From Polyangiales bacterium (GTDB lineage Bacteria; Myxococcota_A; Polyangia; Polyangiales; Polyangiaceae), in NCBI GenBank assembly GCA_038231275.1, contig JBBRLQ010000049.1, forward strand, positions 9,141 through 41,140: a stretch of DNA of 32,000 nucleotides, in the 5' to 3' direction. Both the position numbers and the translations under genes were made by a program. The notes below the pieces were generated by a model, which worked only from the letters and a program-made list of their open reading frames with translations, did no database searches and was not told the origin of the DNA. Within the stretch, counting starts at the first letter, position 1. Each line of letters starts with the position of its first letter. Below are positions 23,167-31,571 of the stretch, piece after piece.

Positions 23167-24852
23167 TCAGTGGAACTTTCGATAGTGGAGGAGCGCGGCG
23201 AGGTTGTCCTCTTGCCAGAAGCTCTCCGAGAGGAACGTCGCGTCGCGGCAGCGAGTCCACACCCATTTGTCGAACTGGGCGAGCGGTGCCCACCCCTCGC
23301 AGCCGACGTTGGCGTTGTCGGTCATCGTGGGGGTCGGCCTTCCATCGATGCCCTTCGAGAGCAGGTTGCGCGGACCGTTGGGGTTTTGAAAGTCGTACGT
23401 CCAGATCCTGCGCAAGAACGTGTTCGCGAAGCGCACGAACAGCGGCGTGCTCAGCCCGAGGCTCTCGCTCCGGCCGGCGCGCGTGAGCATGGCGTTCAGC
23501 AGGATCTTGTCCTCCAGGAGCGTCGCCAGCGAGCCGAGCTCGAAGCCGGCGTGCGCCGTATCTTGGAGCGTGTGCTTCCCCAAGATCCCGATCCCCGGCT
23601 CTTGAGTGTCCCACTCGAAGTACGGCGTGCCGTCGTCGAGCGTCTTGGTGCGAAGGTGCTTGTCGTAGAAGGTGAAGTTCTTGGCGATGAGACGCGGAGC
23701 CTCATTCACACCGAGGTTGACGCGCCCCGCGTTGTTCGCGCTCGCGCGGTAGAGCGCGCTGTCGCTCGCGATGGCGGCCTCGGCGAGCGCTTTCATCATC
23801 GAGAGGTTCTCGTTGTACGCGATGGGCTTGCCCGCCGTGTCGCGGTAGCCGCTGCACGCGTGTTGAAGCTTGTCGTCGCCGGTGTTGCACGCGAGCTGCG
23901 CGTACGTCGCAGGGACGGTGAAATACGCCCACGGGTCGCCGTCGGTGAGGTGCATCTCGTGGCGGTAGCCCGCATACGAGTCGAGCGTCGCCGTGATGAA
24001 GCGGATGGCCTCGGAGGCGTACGTGCACCCGCCAAATCCGTTGGGAAAATGGGGCGAAGGCGCTTTTCGGGTGTGCGCGCAGGACGTCGCCTGGAGCGCG
24101 GGGTTGTCGGTCACTCGGCGCGCGAACGCCGCCATGGGGTACGTGAGCAAGCCGGTCGTGACGACGTCGGTGTTCCACTTGCCGTCGCGGTCGGGCGTGC
24201 ACCCGCCCCACGAGGGCATCAGGCGCCCGCGAAAGGCGTCGGCGGGCCGATAGCTGGTGACGCAATGCGGGAACGGAGCGTGGAACAGACGCAGGTCGTC
24301 TCGGTTCGCGAGAAACACGTCGGCCATGCGGCGCAATCGCTCGAGATATTTTCCGGCGCGCGCTGCGTCGACCGGCGCGACGAGATCGTAGAGGTGCACG
24401 AGCGCGACGGTGCGACGGGCGAAGTACCACACCGGCGGCAGCACTCCGACCTTGAACGCGTTGTCGAACTCCGTCTGGATCCCCGCTGCCTCGTCGTCGT
24501 CCGAGTTCGAAAAGAAGCGCGCCCAGACCCACTCGGAGTCGGAGACGATGGTCGCGCTGTCGTTCGCGTCGCCGATGGTGAACCCCGTCGGCCCTTTCGA
24601 CGGCCCCGGCGTGATCGGCGGCGGCAGCGTGCCGCCCGGCCGGTGCGGCGGCGGCGGTGCGGTGGTCGCGGGCAGGGGCGTCCTCGGGCCGAGGTCGGGG
24701 CGGCCTCCCGGCTGCGCGTCGCAGATGCCGCTCACACACGTCGCCGCGATCCCGGCGAGGAGCGACACGAAGGGCGCGTATCGGCTTCGGTCATTGCGCC
24801 GCCGCGGTATCTGGCTGCTTCCGCTGCTGCTGCTGCTGCGTGACGTACTCAT
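23167..24852 (-). CDS. Hypothetical secreted 561-aa protein (no family recognised)
   Basis: Start at MSTSRSSSSSGSSQIPRRRNDRSRYAPFVSLLAGIAATCVSGICDA (signal-like), then a Pro-rich stretch, then about 450 aa of normal composition with high GC3. The upstream 380 aa of track ORF 23167..25992 are Arg/Pro-rich shadow. Confidence 0.65.
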   Translation of the reverse strand: MSTSRSSSSSGSSQIPRRRNDRSRYAPFVSLLAGIAATCVSGICDAQPGGRPDLGPRTPLPATTAPPPPHRPGGTLPPPITPGPSKGPTGFTIGDANDSATIVSDSEWVWARFFSNSDDDEAAGIQTEFDNAFKVGVLPPVWYFARRTVALVHLYDLVAPVDAARAGKYLERLRRMADVFLANRDDLRLFHAPFPHCVTSYRPADAFRGRLMPSWGGCTPDRDGKWNTDVVTTGLLTYPMAAFARRVTDNPALQATSCAHTRKAPSPHFPNGFGGCTYASEAIRFITATLDSYAGYRHEMHLTDGDPWAYFTVPATYAQLACNTGDDKLQHACSGYRDTAGKPIAYNENLSMMKALAEAAIASDSALYRASANNAGRVNLGVNEAPRLIAKNFTFYDKHLRTKTLDDGTPYFEWDTQEPGIGILGKHTLQDTAHAGFELGSLATLLEDKILLNAMLTRAGRSESLGLSTPLFVRFANTFLRRIWTYDFQNPNGPRNLLSKGIDGRPTPTMTDNANVGCEGWAPLAQFDKWVWTRCRDATFLSESFWQEDNLAALLHYRKFH

Positions 24853-25116
24853 TGGATGGCCCCCATGGTTCGAGACGGACGGAGCACGGCGTGTGCCACA
24901 CGCAACCCCGCGAAGGTGCACGGAAGGCCGCCGGATCGCAACGCCCACCGCGTTGCATGCCACGTGGGCGCTCACATGCAGAGGCCGTTGACGCAGGCCA
25001 GCATGCTCGCCGAGCAGCTCACGCACGCCTGCGCGAGGACGACGATCTCCGCTGAGGCGCAAGGACGCTCCGCGCCTCATTGACGGGCGCCTCCTTCGGA
25101 CGGGATACTTTCGCCG

Positions 25117-25494
25117 ATGATCGCGGCGCGCATTCGAGCCAGCATCGAGGCCTACGTCGCGGCGTGGAACGAGCGCGACGCCGCGCAGCGGATTCGGCTC
25201 ATCGAGCAAGCCTGCGCCGAGGACCTGCGCATGCGAACGCCGGGGAAGCGGATCGACGGGCGGGCGGAGCTCGATGCCCTGATCGCCGACTTCCAAGTGC
25301 GGCGCCCGGGCGAGCGCGCGGTCCTCTTGAGCATCATCGACGTCCAGGGCCACGTCTTTCGGTTTGCCGGGAGAGTCGAGGGCGGGGCGATTACGCCTGG
25401 AGGCAACGCGTTCGACGCCGGGGAGTGCGACGACGACGGGCGGATCCGCGTTCTCCTCTCCTTCGTCGGCGCCGACCTCCCTTCCCGGACGTAG
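25117..25494 (+). CDS. SnoaL/NTF2-like fold small protein
   Basis: MIAARIRASIEAYVAAWNERDAAQRIRLIEQACAEDL... is the typical opening of SnoaL-like polyketide-cyclase-fold proteins. 125 aa. Confidence 0.65.
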   Translation: MIAARIRASIEAYVAAWNERDAAQRIRLIEQACAEDLRMRTPGKRIDGRAELDALIADFQVRRPGERAVLLSIIDVQGHVFRFAGRVEGGAITPGGNAFDAGECDDDGRIRVLLSFVGADLPSRT

Positions 25495-25711
25495 ACACCC
25501 CAATCGTGTTGCGGTCCGTGAGATTCCTGCGGAAATGGCGCTCGTGCTGCGAGTCAACGCCGAGGACGGGCTCGCGGCGAAGGTGCCGGTGCAGCGTCGA
25601 TGCCGCAACGTTGCGGCGCCGATGCCGCAGTGTCCCCTCGAATCTCGCCGAACCAGCGGGCGGGCGAGGCTGGCCGCCAGCTTGCAAAGAGGGGCGTCGG
25701 CGAGGTGACTC

Positions 25712-26302
25712 ATGGCAACTTTTTTTTGGCGTGCGGCTCCCACGGCGGCTGTCCTCGGAATCGTCATGGCGTGCGGCGGCGCGTCGGCGCCGACGGCGTC
25801 CGGCCCTCTGGGCGACGGCGGCCAAGACGACGGCGGGACGATCGCGGATTCCGGCGGCGGCGGCGACGGGGGCAGGCTCGGCGACGACGGCGGCGGCTTG
25901 CTGGACGGCAGCACGGGCGGGCCCGACGCCAGCGCCAACGATGGAGCCGTGGGCGACGGCGGGCGCCCTGACGCGAGCGGCACGACGTGCAACCTCGACG
26001 GCGGCGCGTTCCCGCTCGACTCGTTCGCGAAGGTCTGCCTCGGCGACGGTACCTGTCTCAGCGAGCTTCACGAGGTCAGCTGCTGCGGCGCTAGGCTTGC
26101 GGTGGGGATCGATCAAAGCGCAAAGGACGACTTCGCCAAAGCGGAGAAGGCGTGGGAAGCGACGTGTCCGCAGTGCGAGTGCCCCATCGACCCCGGCGCC
26201 GTCGCGGAGGACGGCAAGACCGGCCCCGCCGCCAAGGTCCAAGTGAAATGCGACTTCAGCGGCCCTTCGCTCAACGGAAAGTGCAAGACCTTCTTCCCGT
26301 GA
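25712..26302 (+). CDS. Lipoprotein with Asp/Gly-rich linker and Cys-containing C-terminal domain
   Basis: GAGGTG lies upstream. MATFFWRAAPTAAVLGIVMAC has a lipobox. D/G-rich low complexity follows. The C-terminal domain has 10 Cys, including ATCPQCECP. Confidence 0.7.
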   Translation: MATFFWRAAPTAAVLGIVMACGGASAPTASGPLGDGGQDDGGTIADSGGGGDGGRLGDDGGGLLDGSTGGPDASANDGAVGDGGRPDASGTTCNLDGGAFPLDSFAKVCLGDGTCLSELHEVSCCGARLAVGIDQSAKDDFAKAEKAWEATCPQCECPIDPGAVAEDGKTGPAAKVQVKCDFSGPSLNGKCKTFFP

Positions 26303-26377
26303 TCGGCGAGAAGCACGCCCGAAAATTGGCCCGCCGGTTCTGTCGCGTATGGAAGGAGTCGCCGGGCCTTGGGGACG

Positions 26378-27130
26378 CTATTTCGTCAGCTTTGCGGCAT
26401 CGATCGCCGCCAGGATCTGCTCCGTCGACGGCCGCACCGTGTACGTCGGATCGGAGTGCGCCCACCGGACGCGGCCGGTGGTGTCGATGAGAAAGAGCGC
26501 CGGAATGGCGATGACGTGGTGTGTCTTGCCGGAGTGGGCCTCGAGATCGACGCCGTACCCTTTGTACTTTGCGTACTCGGCGGCATCGAGGTGCTTCGCG
26601 ACCTTGAATCCGTCGATGAACGCGAGACGGTCGTCGCTCAAGACAGGAAACGGAATCGTGAACGTCGCGTTGGTCTTCGCTTCGTTCTCCGGCGTGTCGA
26701 CGCTGACTGCGACGGGCGTGACGCCGCGCTTCGTGTACTCGCCATAGGCTTTCACGAGTGAGTGGATTTCGAAATTGCAGTACGGGCACCATCCGCCACG
26801 ATAAAACGCCAGCAGCACGGGCCCCTTCGCATACAACGTCGACAGCGCGATCTCCTTACCGTCGAGGTCCTTCGCGTGGGCGTCCGGGACGCGTTCGCCG
26901 ACGGGGATGCCGGTGCCTGGCGCGAGGACGCCAACGGTCGTCGGAACCGTTGTCTCCTTCCACGCCGGCGGAGCGCTGCTCGCCGGCGCAGACGCGGAGG
27001 CCGGCGGAGCGGTGCTCGCCGGCGCAGACGCGGAGGCCCGAGGCGCGCCGCCCGATCCGCGATCGCATGCGGCCAGCGAGAGACTCGCCGCGAGAAGACA
27101 AGCAACGAGTGGTTTGCACGTGACGATCAT
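26378..27130 (-). CDS. PRX_like2/AhpC-TSA-type redoxin lipoprotein (Cys paralog of the candidate selenoprotein)
   Basis: MIVTCKPLVACLLAASLSLAAC has a lipobox (alternative ATG at 27166). An Ala/Ser/Pro linker follows. Redoxin core: GPVLLAFYRGGWCPYCNFEIHSLVKAYGEY...VAVSVDTPE...IPALFLIDTTGRVRW. Confidence 0.85.
   Translation of the reverse strand: MIVTCKPLVACLLAASLSLAACDRGSGGAPRASASAPASTAPPASASAPASSAPPAWKETTVPTTVGVLAPGTGIPVGERVPDAHAKDLDGKEIALSTLYAKGPVLLAFYRGGWCPYCNFEIHSLVKAYGEYTKRGVTPVAVSVDTPENEAKTNATFTIPFPVLSDDRLAFIDGFKVAKHLDAAEYAKYKGYGVDLEAHSGKTHHVIAIPALFLIDTTGRVRWAHSDPTYTVRPSTEQILAAIDAAKLTK
26965..27036. repeat. 36-bp x2 tandem duplication (1 mismatch) inside the linker of the redoxin lipoprotein
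   Basis: ccggcggagcgctgctcgccggcgcagacgcggagg / ccggcggagcggtgctcgccggcgcagacgcggagg. It encodes the duplicated SASAPAS(T/S)APPA. Confidence 0.9.
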
Positions 27131-27384
27131 CTCCGCGCATACGCAGGCCGCGCCAAACGGTTTCATACTGCTGAGGCGGTTTCCCTAAAGCGCCGGGAGA
27201 CCGCTCCTCTGACGGGGAGTCGCATGTTTCGTGGGGCCATCCTTCGCACAAAAGCTTCGTCTCCGCGGTGCCGCGCGTCCCGGTTCGTGATGCGGCCCGC
27301 GGCAGGCGTTCCCACGCAGCACCCGAGGCGCCCGCGGATCGCGCAGCATCCGGCATGGCACCGACCTTGCTCCGGGCGGCTCCG

Positions 27385-28671
27385 ATGAAGCTCTTGCCTT
27401 TCCTCTTCTTGGCGACGCTGGCCATCGCGCCGCTCGCGTTCGGCGCGCTGCTCACGGGTTGCTCGAACAAAGGCGGCACCGCGTGCGTCGCGCCGAAGAT
27501 CGGATCGCCGTCGCTGTCCGTCTGGCCGGACGATGCGACGGTGCTCCATCCGGGGCCCGCGCCCGACGCAACCGGGTTCACGCCTGCGCCGCACGCCGCT
27601 TTTCCGACGATGCCACGCGACGAGCTCGCGCTGACGCCCACGAACATCCGCTTCGAGGTCATCACCGAGGAGAACGATCCGCTCTTCGATCGCCTGATGG
27701 CGTTCGCGGTCGATCTCGGAACGAGCAAGTGGTGGAAGGACGTCGGCGCTGACTACGATCTCCCACCGACCGTCACCTCCGTCAGCGCGGTGCAGGGCAA
27801 CCCGTTCGGCGGCGACATCCGCGACGCGGACCTCGAGACGTACATCCACGGGACCTCGCAGTACCCCGATCCGGACTCGGCGGACAGCCTCACGATTCGT
27901 GTCGTCTTCCTGGCTCCGAAGGTGAACGTGATCACGTCGGAGGGCGCCAACTGCGGCTGCTCGATGTTCGGCGGCTACCACGCCGTGTCGCGCTTCGGGC
28001 AGGTCTACGCCGTCGTCCAGCGGTGCCCGACGGCCGGCGACGCCGAGCTCGACGGCCTCACCACGATCGCGAGCCACGAGATCATCGAGGCCGCGACGAA
28101 CCTCGGCCCGACGGCGCGCGTACACTTCCGGCGCGATCCCGCCGCCGTTTGGAAGACCTCGGCGCTCGCTGCGACGTTGCTCGACCACGAGACCGAGGTC
28201 GGCGACGTGTGCGGCGTGCGCATCTACGAGGGGCCGTGGGCGATCGAGCGCATTTGGTCGAACGCGCACGCCGCCGCCGGAAAGCCGCCGTGCATCCCGT
28301 ACGCGACGTCCGAGCCGTACTTCAACGTGACCGCACCCCAGGACTGGTACCCGCTCGCGAACGGCACCCATTCGGTGTCGATCCCGCTCTCCGCGTGGTC
28401 CGAGGCGCCGCGCGCGGATTGGTACGTGTCGGTGGACGCGAAGGTCGGGGCCGCCAAAGACGCGTTCACTGCGGCGCTCGACGGCGGCGGCATCGAGACG
28501 ATCGGTACGCACGCGTTCCACGCCGTAAACAACGGCGGGACCGCGACCCTCACCGTGACGCGTACGACCCACGACGCGACGACGAACCCGTACGTCGTCG
28601 TCCGCATCCGCAGCCGCTCGGTCGCGCCGGGGCTCTCGCACTCGTGGAACGTCGGCGTCTACGTTCCGTGA
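27385..28671 (+). CDS. Hypothetical lipoprotein (428 aa) with an HExxE motif
   Basis: Start at MKLLPFLFLATLAIAPLAFGALLTGC (lipobox). Contains FGGYHAV...TTIASHEIIEAATN. No family confidently recognised. Confidence 0.65.
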   Translation: MKLLPFLFLATLAIAPLAFGALLTGCSNKGGTACVAPKIGSPSLSVWPDDATVLHPGPAPDATGFTPAPHAAFPTMPRDELALTPTNIRFEVITEENDPLFDRLMAFAVDLGTSKWWKDVGADYDLPPTVTSVSAVQGNPFGGDIRDADLETYIHGTSQYPDPDSADSLTIRVVFLAPKVNVITSEGANCGCSMFGGYHAVSRFGQVYAVVQRCPTAGDAELDGLTTIASHEIIEAATNLGPTARVHFRRDPAAVWKTSALAATLLDHETEVGDVCGVRIYEGPWAIERIWSNAHAAAGKPPCIPYATSEPYFNVTAPQDWYPLANGTHSVSIPLSAWSEAPRADWYVSVDAKVGAAKDAFTAALDGGGIETIGTHAFHAVNNGGTATLTVTRTTHDATTNPYVVVRIRSRSVAPGLSHSWNVGVYVP

Positions 28672-28690
28672 CCCGCCCCCCCCGAAGCGC

Positions 28691-28978
28691 TCAGAGGTGA
28701 TTCAGGGGGAGCATCCGCTCGTGCAGGATGCGAACGATCTCGATGCCTCCCACGCTCCGGAAGTAGACGACGTGGCGCTCGCAACGCCAACGCAGGAGCC
28801 GTGGCCGCTGGGGCACGGGACGCGCGTGGGCCGCGTTCTGCGGGAGGATCACCTCGCAGGTCTGCTCGAGCAGATCGAGGTACTTGGCGCACTGAGCCTT
28901 GCCCCATTGCGCGACCGTGTACTCCGCGATGTCGCCGAGGTCGTGCTCTGCGTCTCGTGTGTAGTAGACGCGGCTCAC
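28691..28978 (-). CDS. parE: ParE-family type II toxin
   Basis: (M)SRVYYTRDAEHDLGDIAEYTVAQWGKAQCAKYLDLLEQTCE...RCERHVVYFRSVGGIEIVRILHERM is typical ParE/RelE-superfamily layout. The GTG start overlaps the antitoxin stop (GTGA). Confidence 0.85.
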   Translation of the reverse strand: MSRVYYTRDAEHDLGDIAEYTVAQWGKAQCAKYLDLLEQTCEVILPQNAAHARPVPQRPRLLRWRCERHVVYFRSVGGIEIVRILHERMLPLNHL

Positions 28979-29211
28979 CGCAAGCCGGCGCGGCGTCTCG
29001 CACGCGCGAACGTTCCCGGCCGAGCCCGCCCGCTCGCCACGCCGTGGTCGAGTGCGGCCAGGACCAAGGCTTCCTTGCGCTGCTCTTCGGCGAGTCGGGT
29101 CAGTGCGTCGCGAACGACTTCGCTGGCCGAGGCGTAGGCGCCGCTGTCGACTTGCCGTCGAACGAACCCGTCGAGATCTTCACCGAGCGTAAAACTGGTG
29201 GTCCTGGCCAT
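28975..29211 (-). CDS. parD: ParD-family (ribbon-helix-helix, COG3609-type) antitoxin
   Basis: MARTTSFTLGEDLDGFVRRQVDSGAYASASEVVRDALTRLAEEQRKE matches the ParD antitoxin N-terminal pattern. Confidence 0.85.
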   Translation of the reverse strand: MARTTSFTLGEDLDGFVRRQVDSGAYASASEVVRDALTRLAEEQRKEALVLAALDHGVASGRARPGTFARARRRAGLR

Positions 29212-29369
29212 CGGGCAAATGTACTAGAAACCAGGTACTCGAGCAAAAGCGACGGGGTCAGCGCACGAAGCCGAGGCGCCTTCAAGTTGGACGCTGCGTC
29301 GCCAGTGGCGACACAGCGGCGTACGTAGCCGCGACGGAGGCTGCGACGTCGTTGGGATATCTTCCGCGA

Positions 29370-30368
29370 ATGAGCGTGCTCGTGATGGTCAGCGAAGCAG
29401 AATTCAAGAAACTGCGCACGAGCGACGGCCTTCCCCCTCGCCTCGGCGTGAAGCTGGACATCGATCGCTACCACTCGCAGCATCCCGTGCTCGAGGCGCT
29501 CGCCGGAGGTGGCGCGCTATTCCTCGTGACGGTTCTTCCTGGCGACGTGCTGTGGCTCGTCGCGATGCTCGGGGCGGTGAGACGCTTCAAGGGCAGCTGG
29601 AAGTCGCAAGGAACGATGACGCCGGTGGTCGACCTCACACCCGTCTGCGGACATCTCGGGATCACACGTGGCGACGGCAAGCTCGCGATGCGGTTGAAGA
29701 CACCCCGTGTCCTCGACGATCGCCAGTGGGCAATCCTTCATCACATCGAAGAGCAGTCAAACGTTGCGTGGCGCGCGGGTCTGCACGCACCGCAGATCCG
29801 GCCATATGTCGCATCGGTTCCGAAGAAGTTGCTGCGCACGCCGAAGGTCGCCGCGCCGCCGCCGCCTCCTCCGCCGCCGGTGAAGCTCGTCGCAAAGCCG
29901 AAGGCGAAGACCAAGCGAACGGAGCCGCCGAAGCCCGTCAAGGTGCCGAAGCTCGCGAAGGGCCAGTTCGCCTTCGTCCATGCACGCACGCTCGATGCCG
30001 ACGCAATCCTGGCGCTCGACAAGGCCCACGAGGGGCAGTTCATCGAAGCGATGTATGCCTACGCCGGCATACGCAAGAAGACCGGCCTTGAGACCCTCGA
30101 AACGTTTCTCCGCAAGAATGGCTGGCAGCCCTCGGACTTCTCGATCGAGCTGTGGGACGTCTACGAGGGAGGACGCAAGACGCCGCGCTTCGAGTTCTGG
30201 GTACAGAACGCGGGCGACGGCACGCTGTTCGAATACGGTCGCGCGACGTCCCCCAAAAGCATCGGATCGACCCAGCATTCGTTCGAGTCGCATGGCGCGG
30301 ACGATCCCAAGACCCTCGGCCTCGTCGAGGCGTTACAGACAGCCGCCGAAAAGTCTGGCGCCGTCTGA
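29370..30368 (+). CDS. Hypothetical two-domain protein with Pro/Lys-rich linker; lower G+C than surroundings
   Basis: ATG at 29370 (the track starts at TTG 29352). An N-domain of about 150 aa, then linker APPPPPPPPVKLVAKPKAKTKRTEPPKPVKVPK, then a C-domain of about 140 aa. My hand count of the first 100 nt gives about 60% G+C, against about 70% elsewhere. Confidence 0.6.
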   Translation: MSVLVMVSEAEFKKLRTSDGLPPRLGVKLDIDRYHSQHPVLEALAGGGALFLVTVLPGDVLWLVAMLGAVRRFKGSWKSQGTMTPVVDLTPVCGHLGITRGDGKLAMRLKTPRVLDDRQWAILHHIEEQSNVAWRAGLHAPQIRPYVASVPKKLLRTPKVAAPPPPPPPPVKLVAKPKAKTKRTEPPKPVKVPKLAKGQFAFVHARTLDADAILALDKAHEGQFIEAMYAYAGIRKKTGLETLETFLRKNGWQPSDFSIELWDVYEGGRKTPRFEFWVQNAGDGTLFEYGRATSPKSIGSTQHSFESHGADDPKTLGLVEALQTAAEKSGAV

Positions 30369-30649
30369 GCCCACCACCCGCGACCGATGCGCGTCCCTCA
30401 CCGCCGAGCGACGTTCCTCAAGCGAGGGGAATCGACGGGCTCTACTGTCCGACGTCCGCGTGGTGTCACACGGTGGAAGGATCGGAAAGCGTTCACGGTG
30501 CTGCCCGATGGAGGCATCGAGCTCCGCGCGAAGTAGCTGCCCGTCACTTGAACTTCGAGTGACACGCCTTGCACGTGGCCTTGATCGACGCGAGGCCGGT
30601 GAAGTATTGCCAAGAGCAGAGGGCGGCCCCCTTTGCGCGGACTCCACGC

Positions 30650-31447
30650 TCAGGCCGGAGCGCCTGCGCTTCCGTGCGCGGCGCCCCGAGTAGCGCGACG
30701 AAGACGCGACAGGATCACCGGGAGCCCGAACGCCACCGCGGGCATCGCCGTGAACGCGAAGATGAGCGCGTCTCCCCCGCCGTCTAGCACGAGAGCCGTC
30801 ATGCTTCCGCCGCGGACGCACGCCGCCACCGCCGTGAGCACGCCGAGGACGACGCCCCACGCGCGCATCCTCACGACGCCGCACGCCGCCGCGAGGAAGC
30901 CTACGGCGAGCGCCGCCAGCCCGACGGCGCCGGCGGGATCCCCCCCGGCGACGTACGACAAGGCGTGAAGCCCCGTCGTCGTGGCAGCCGTGACGGCCGA
31001 CACCGCGCCCACGAGAAAGAAGCTTCTGAACGCGACAGGCGCGAACGCTCGCTGCGCGGCGGCGGTGTGCAATCCCGGCCGCGAAAGGGCGAGCGCCGCG
31101 CCCGATCCGAAGCTCATGAACCACAGCGCCGTGCTCCACACCATCTGGCCGTCGGCGAGACCGCGCGCGATCGGGTAGGACGCCGACAGGAAGACGATCA
31201 ACGCGACGCCGCGCGAAAGCACCTGCGCGAGCACGGAGGAGCGCTGGAGCCCGACCGCCGCTGCCGCCGTCATCACCGCCAAGGTGACGAGGGGCAGGAC
31301 GAGGAGCTCCAGCCGATTCCCGGCCAGGTCCCGGTAGACGGGACCGATCCGCGACCCCAGCGCGATCGCGGCAAGGGCGAGCGACACCGATGCCGCGACG
31401 CGCCGAGCGACGAGCGCGGAGCTGCTGCCAATGGCGAGAGCTCGCAT
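30650..31447 (-). CDS. Integral membrane protein (about 7 predicted hydrophobic helices), unknown function
   Basis: Successive Ala/Leu/Val/Gly-rich hydrophobic segments separated by short charged loops. ATG at 31447 chosen; TTG 31477 is possible. Confidence 0.55.
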   Translation of the reverse strand: MRALAIGSSSALVARRVAASVSLALAAIALGSRIGPVYRDLAGNRLELLVLPLVTLAVMTAAAAVGLQRSSVLAQVLSRGVALIVFLSASYPIARGLADGQMVWSTALWFMSFGSGAALALSRPGLHTAAAQRAFAPVAFRSFFLVGAVSAVTAATTTGLHALSYVAGGDPAGAVGLAALAVGFLAAACGVVRMRAWGVVLGVLTAVAACVRGGSMTALVLDGGGDALIFAFTAMPAVAFGLPVILSRLRRATRGAAHGSAGAPA

Positions 31448-31571
31448 CAGGAAAAAGCGTAGCTGCACCACCGGCAAGGCGCCACGCGGCGCCGACTGCC
31501 CGAGTCCCGGTCAGGGGTGCCCTAGCTGCTGGGAGATGTACCTCCGAGGTGGGAAAGTTCAGAAAGTCGAT

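Noticed and set aside
30421-30450. Reverse-strand ...GCCCGTCGATTCCCCTCG, resembling the tmRNA T-loop region (TTCGATTCCC), considered as a possible attR.
   Set aside because: Only about 9 nt match. The flanking stem bases are absent, and the orientation is inverted relative to ssrA, so it cannot be the direct repeat of an integration event.
30544-30720. Minus-strand frame ending ...WQYFTGLASIKATCKACHSKFK*, reminiscent of the C-terminal haem-binding end of class II cytochromes c.
   Set aside because: The open frame has no ATG/GTG/TTG start after its upstream TGA. It overlaps the 3-prime end of the membrane-protein gene, and its upstream part is Arg-rich shadow-like. At most it is a short pseudogene remnant, and I cannot distinguish that from chance.
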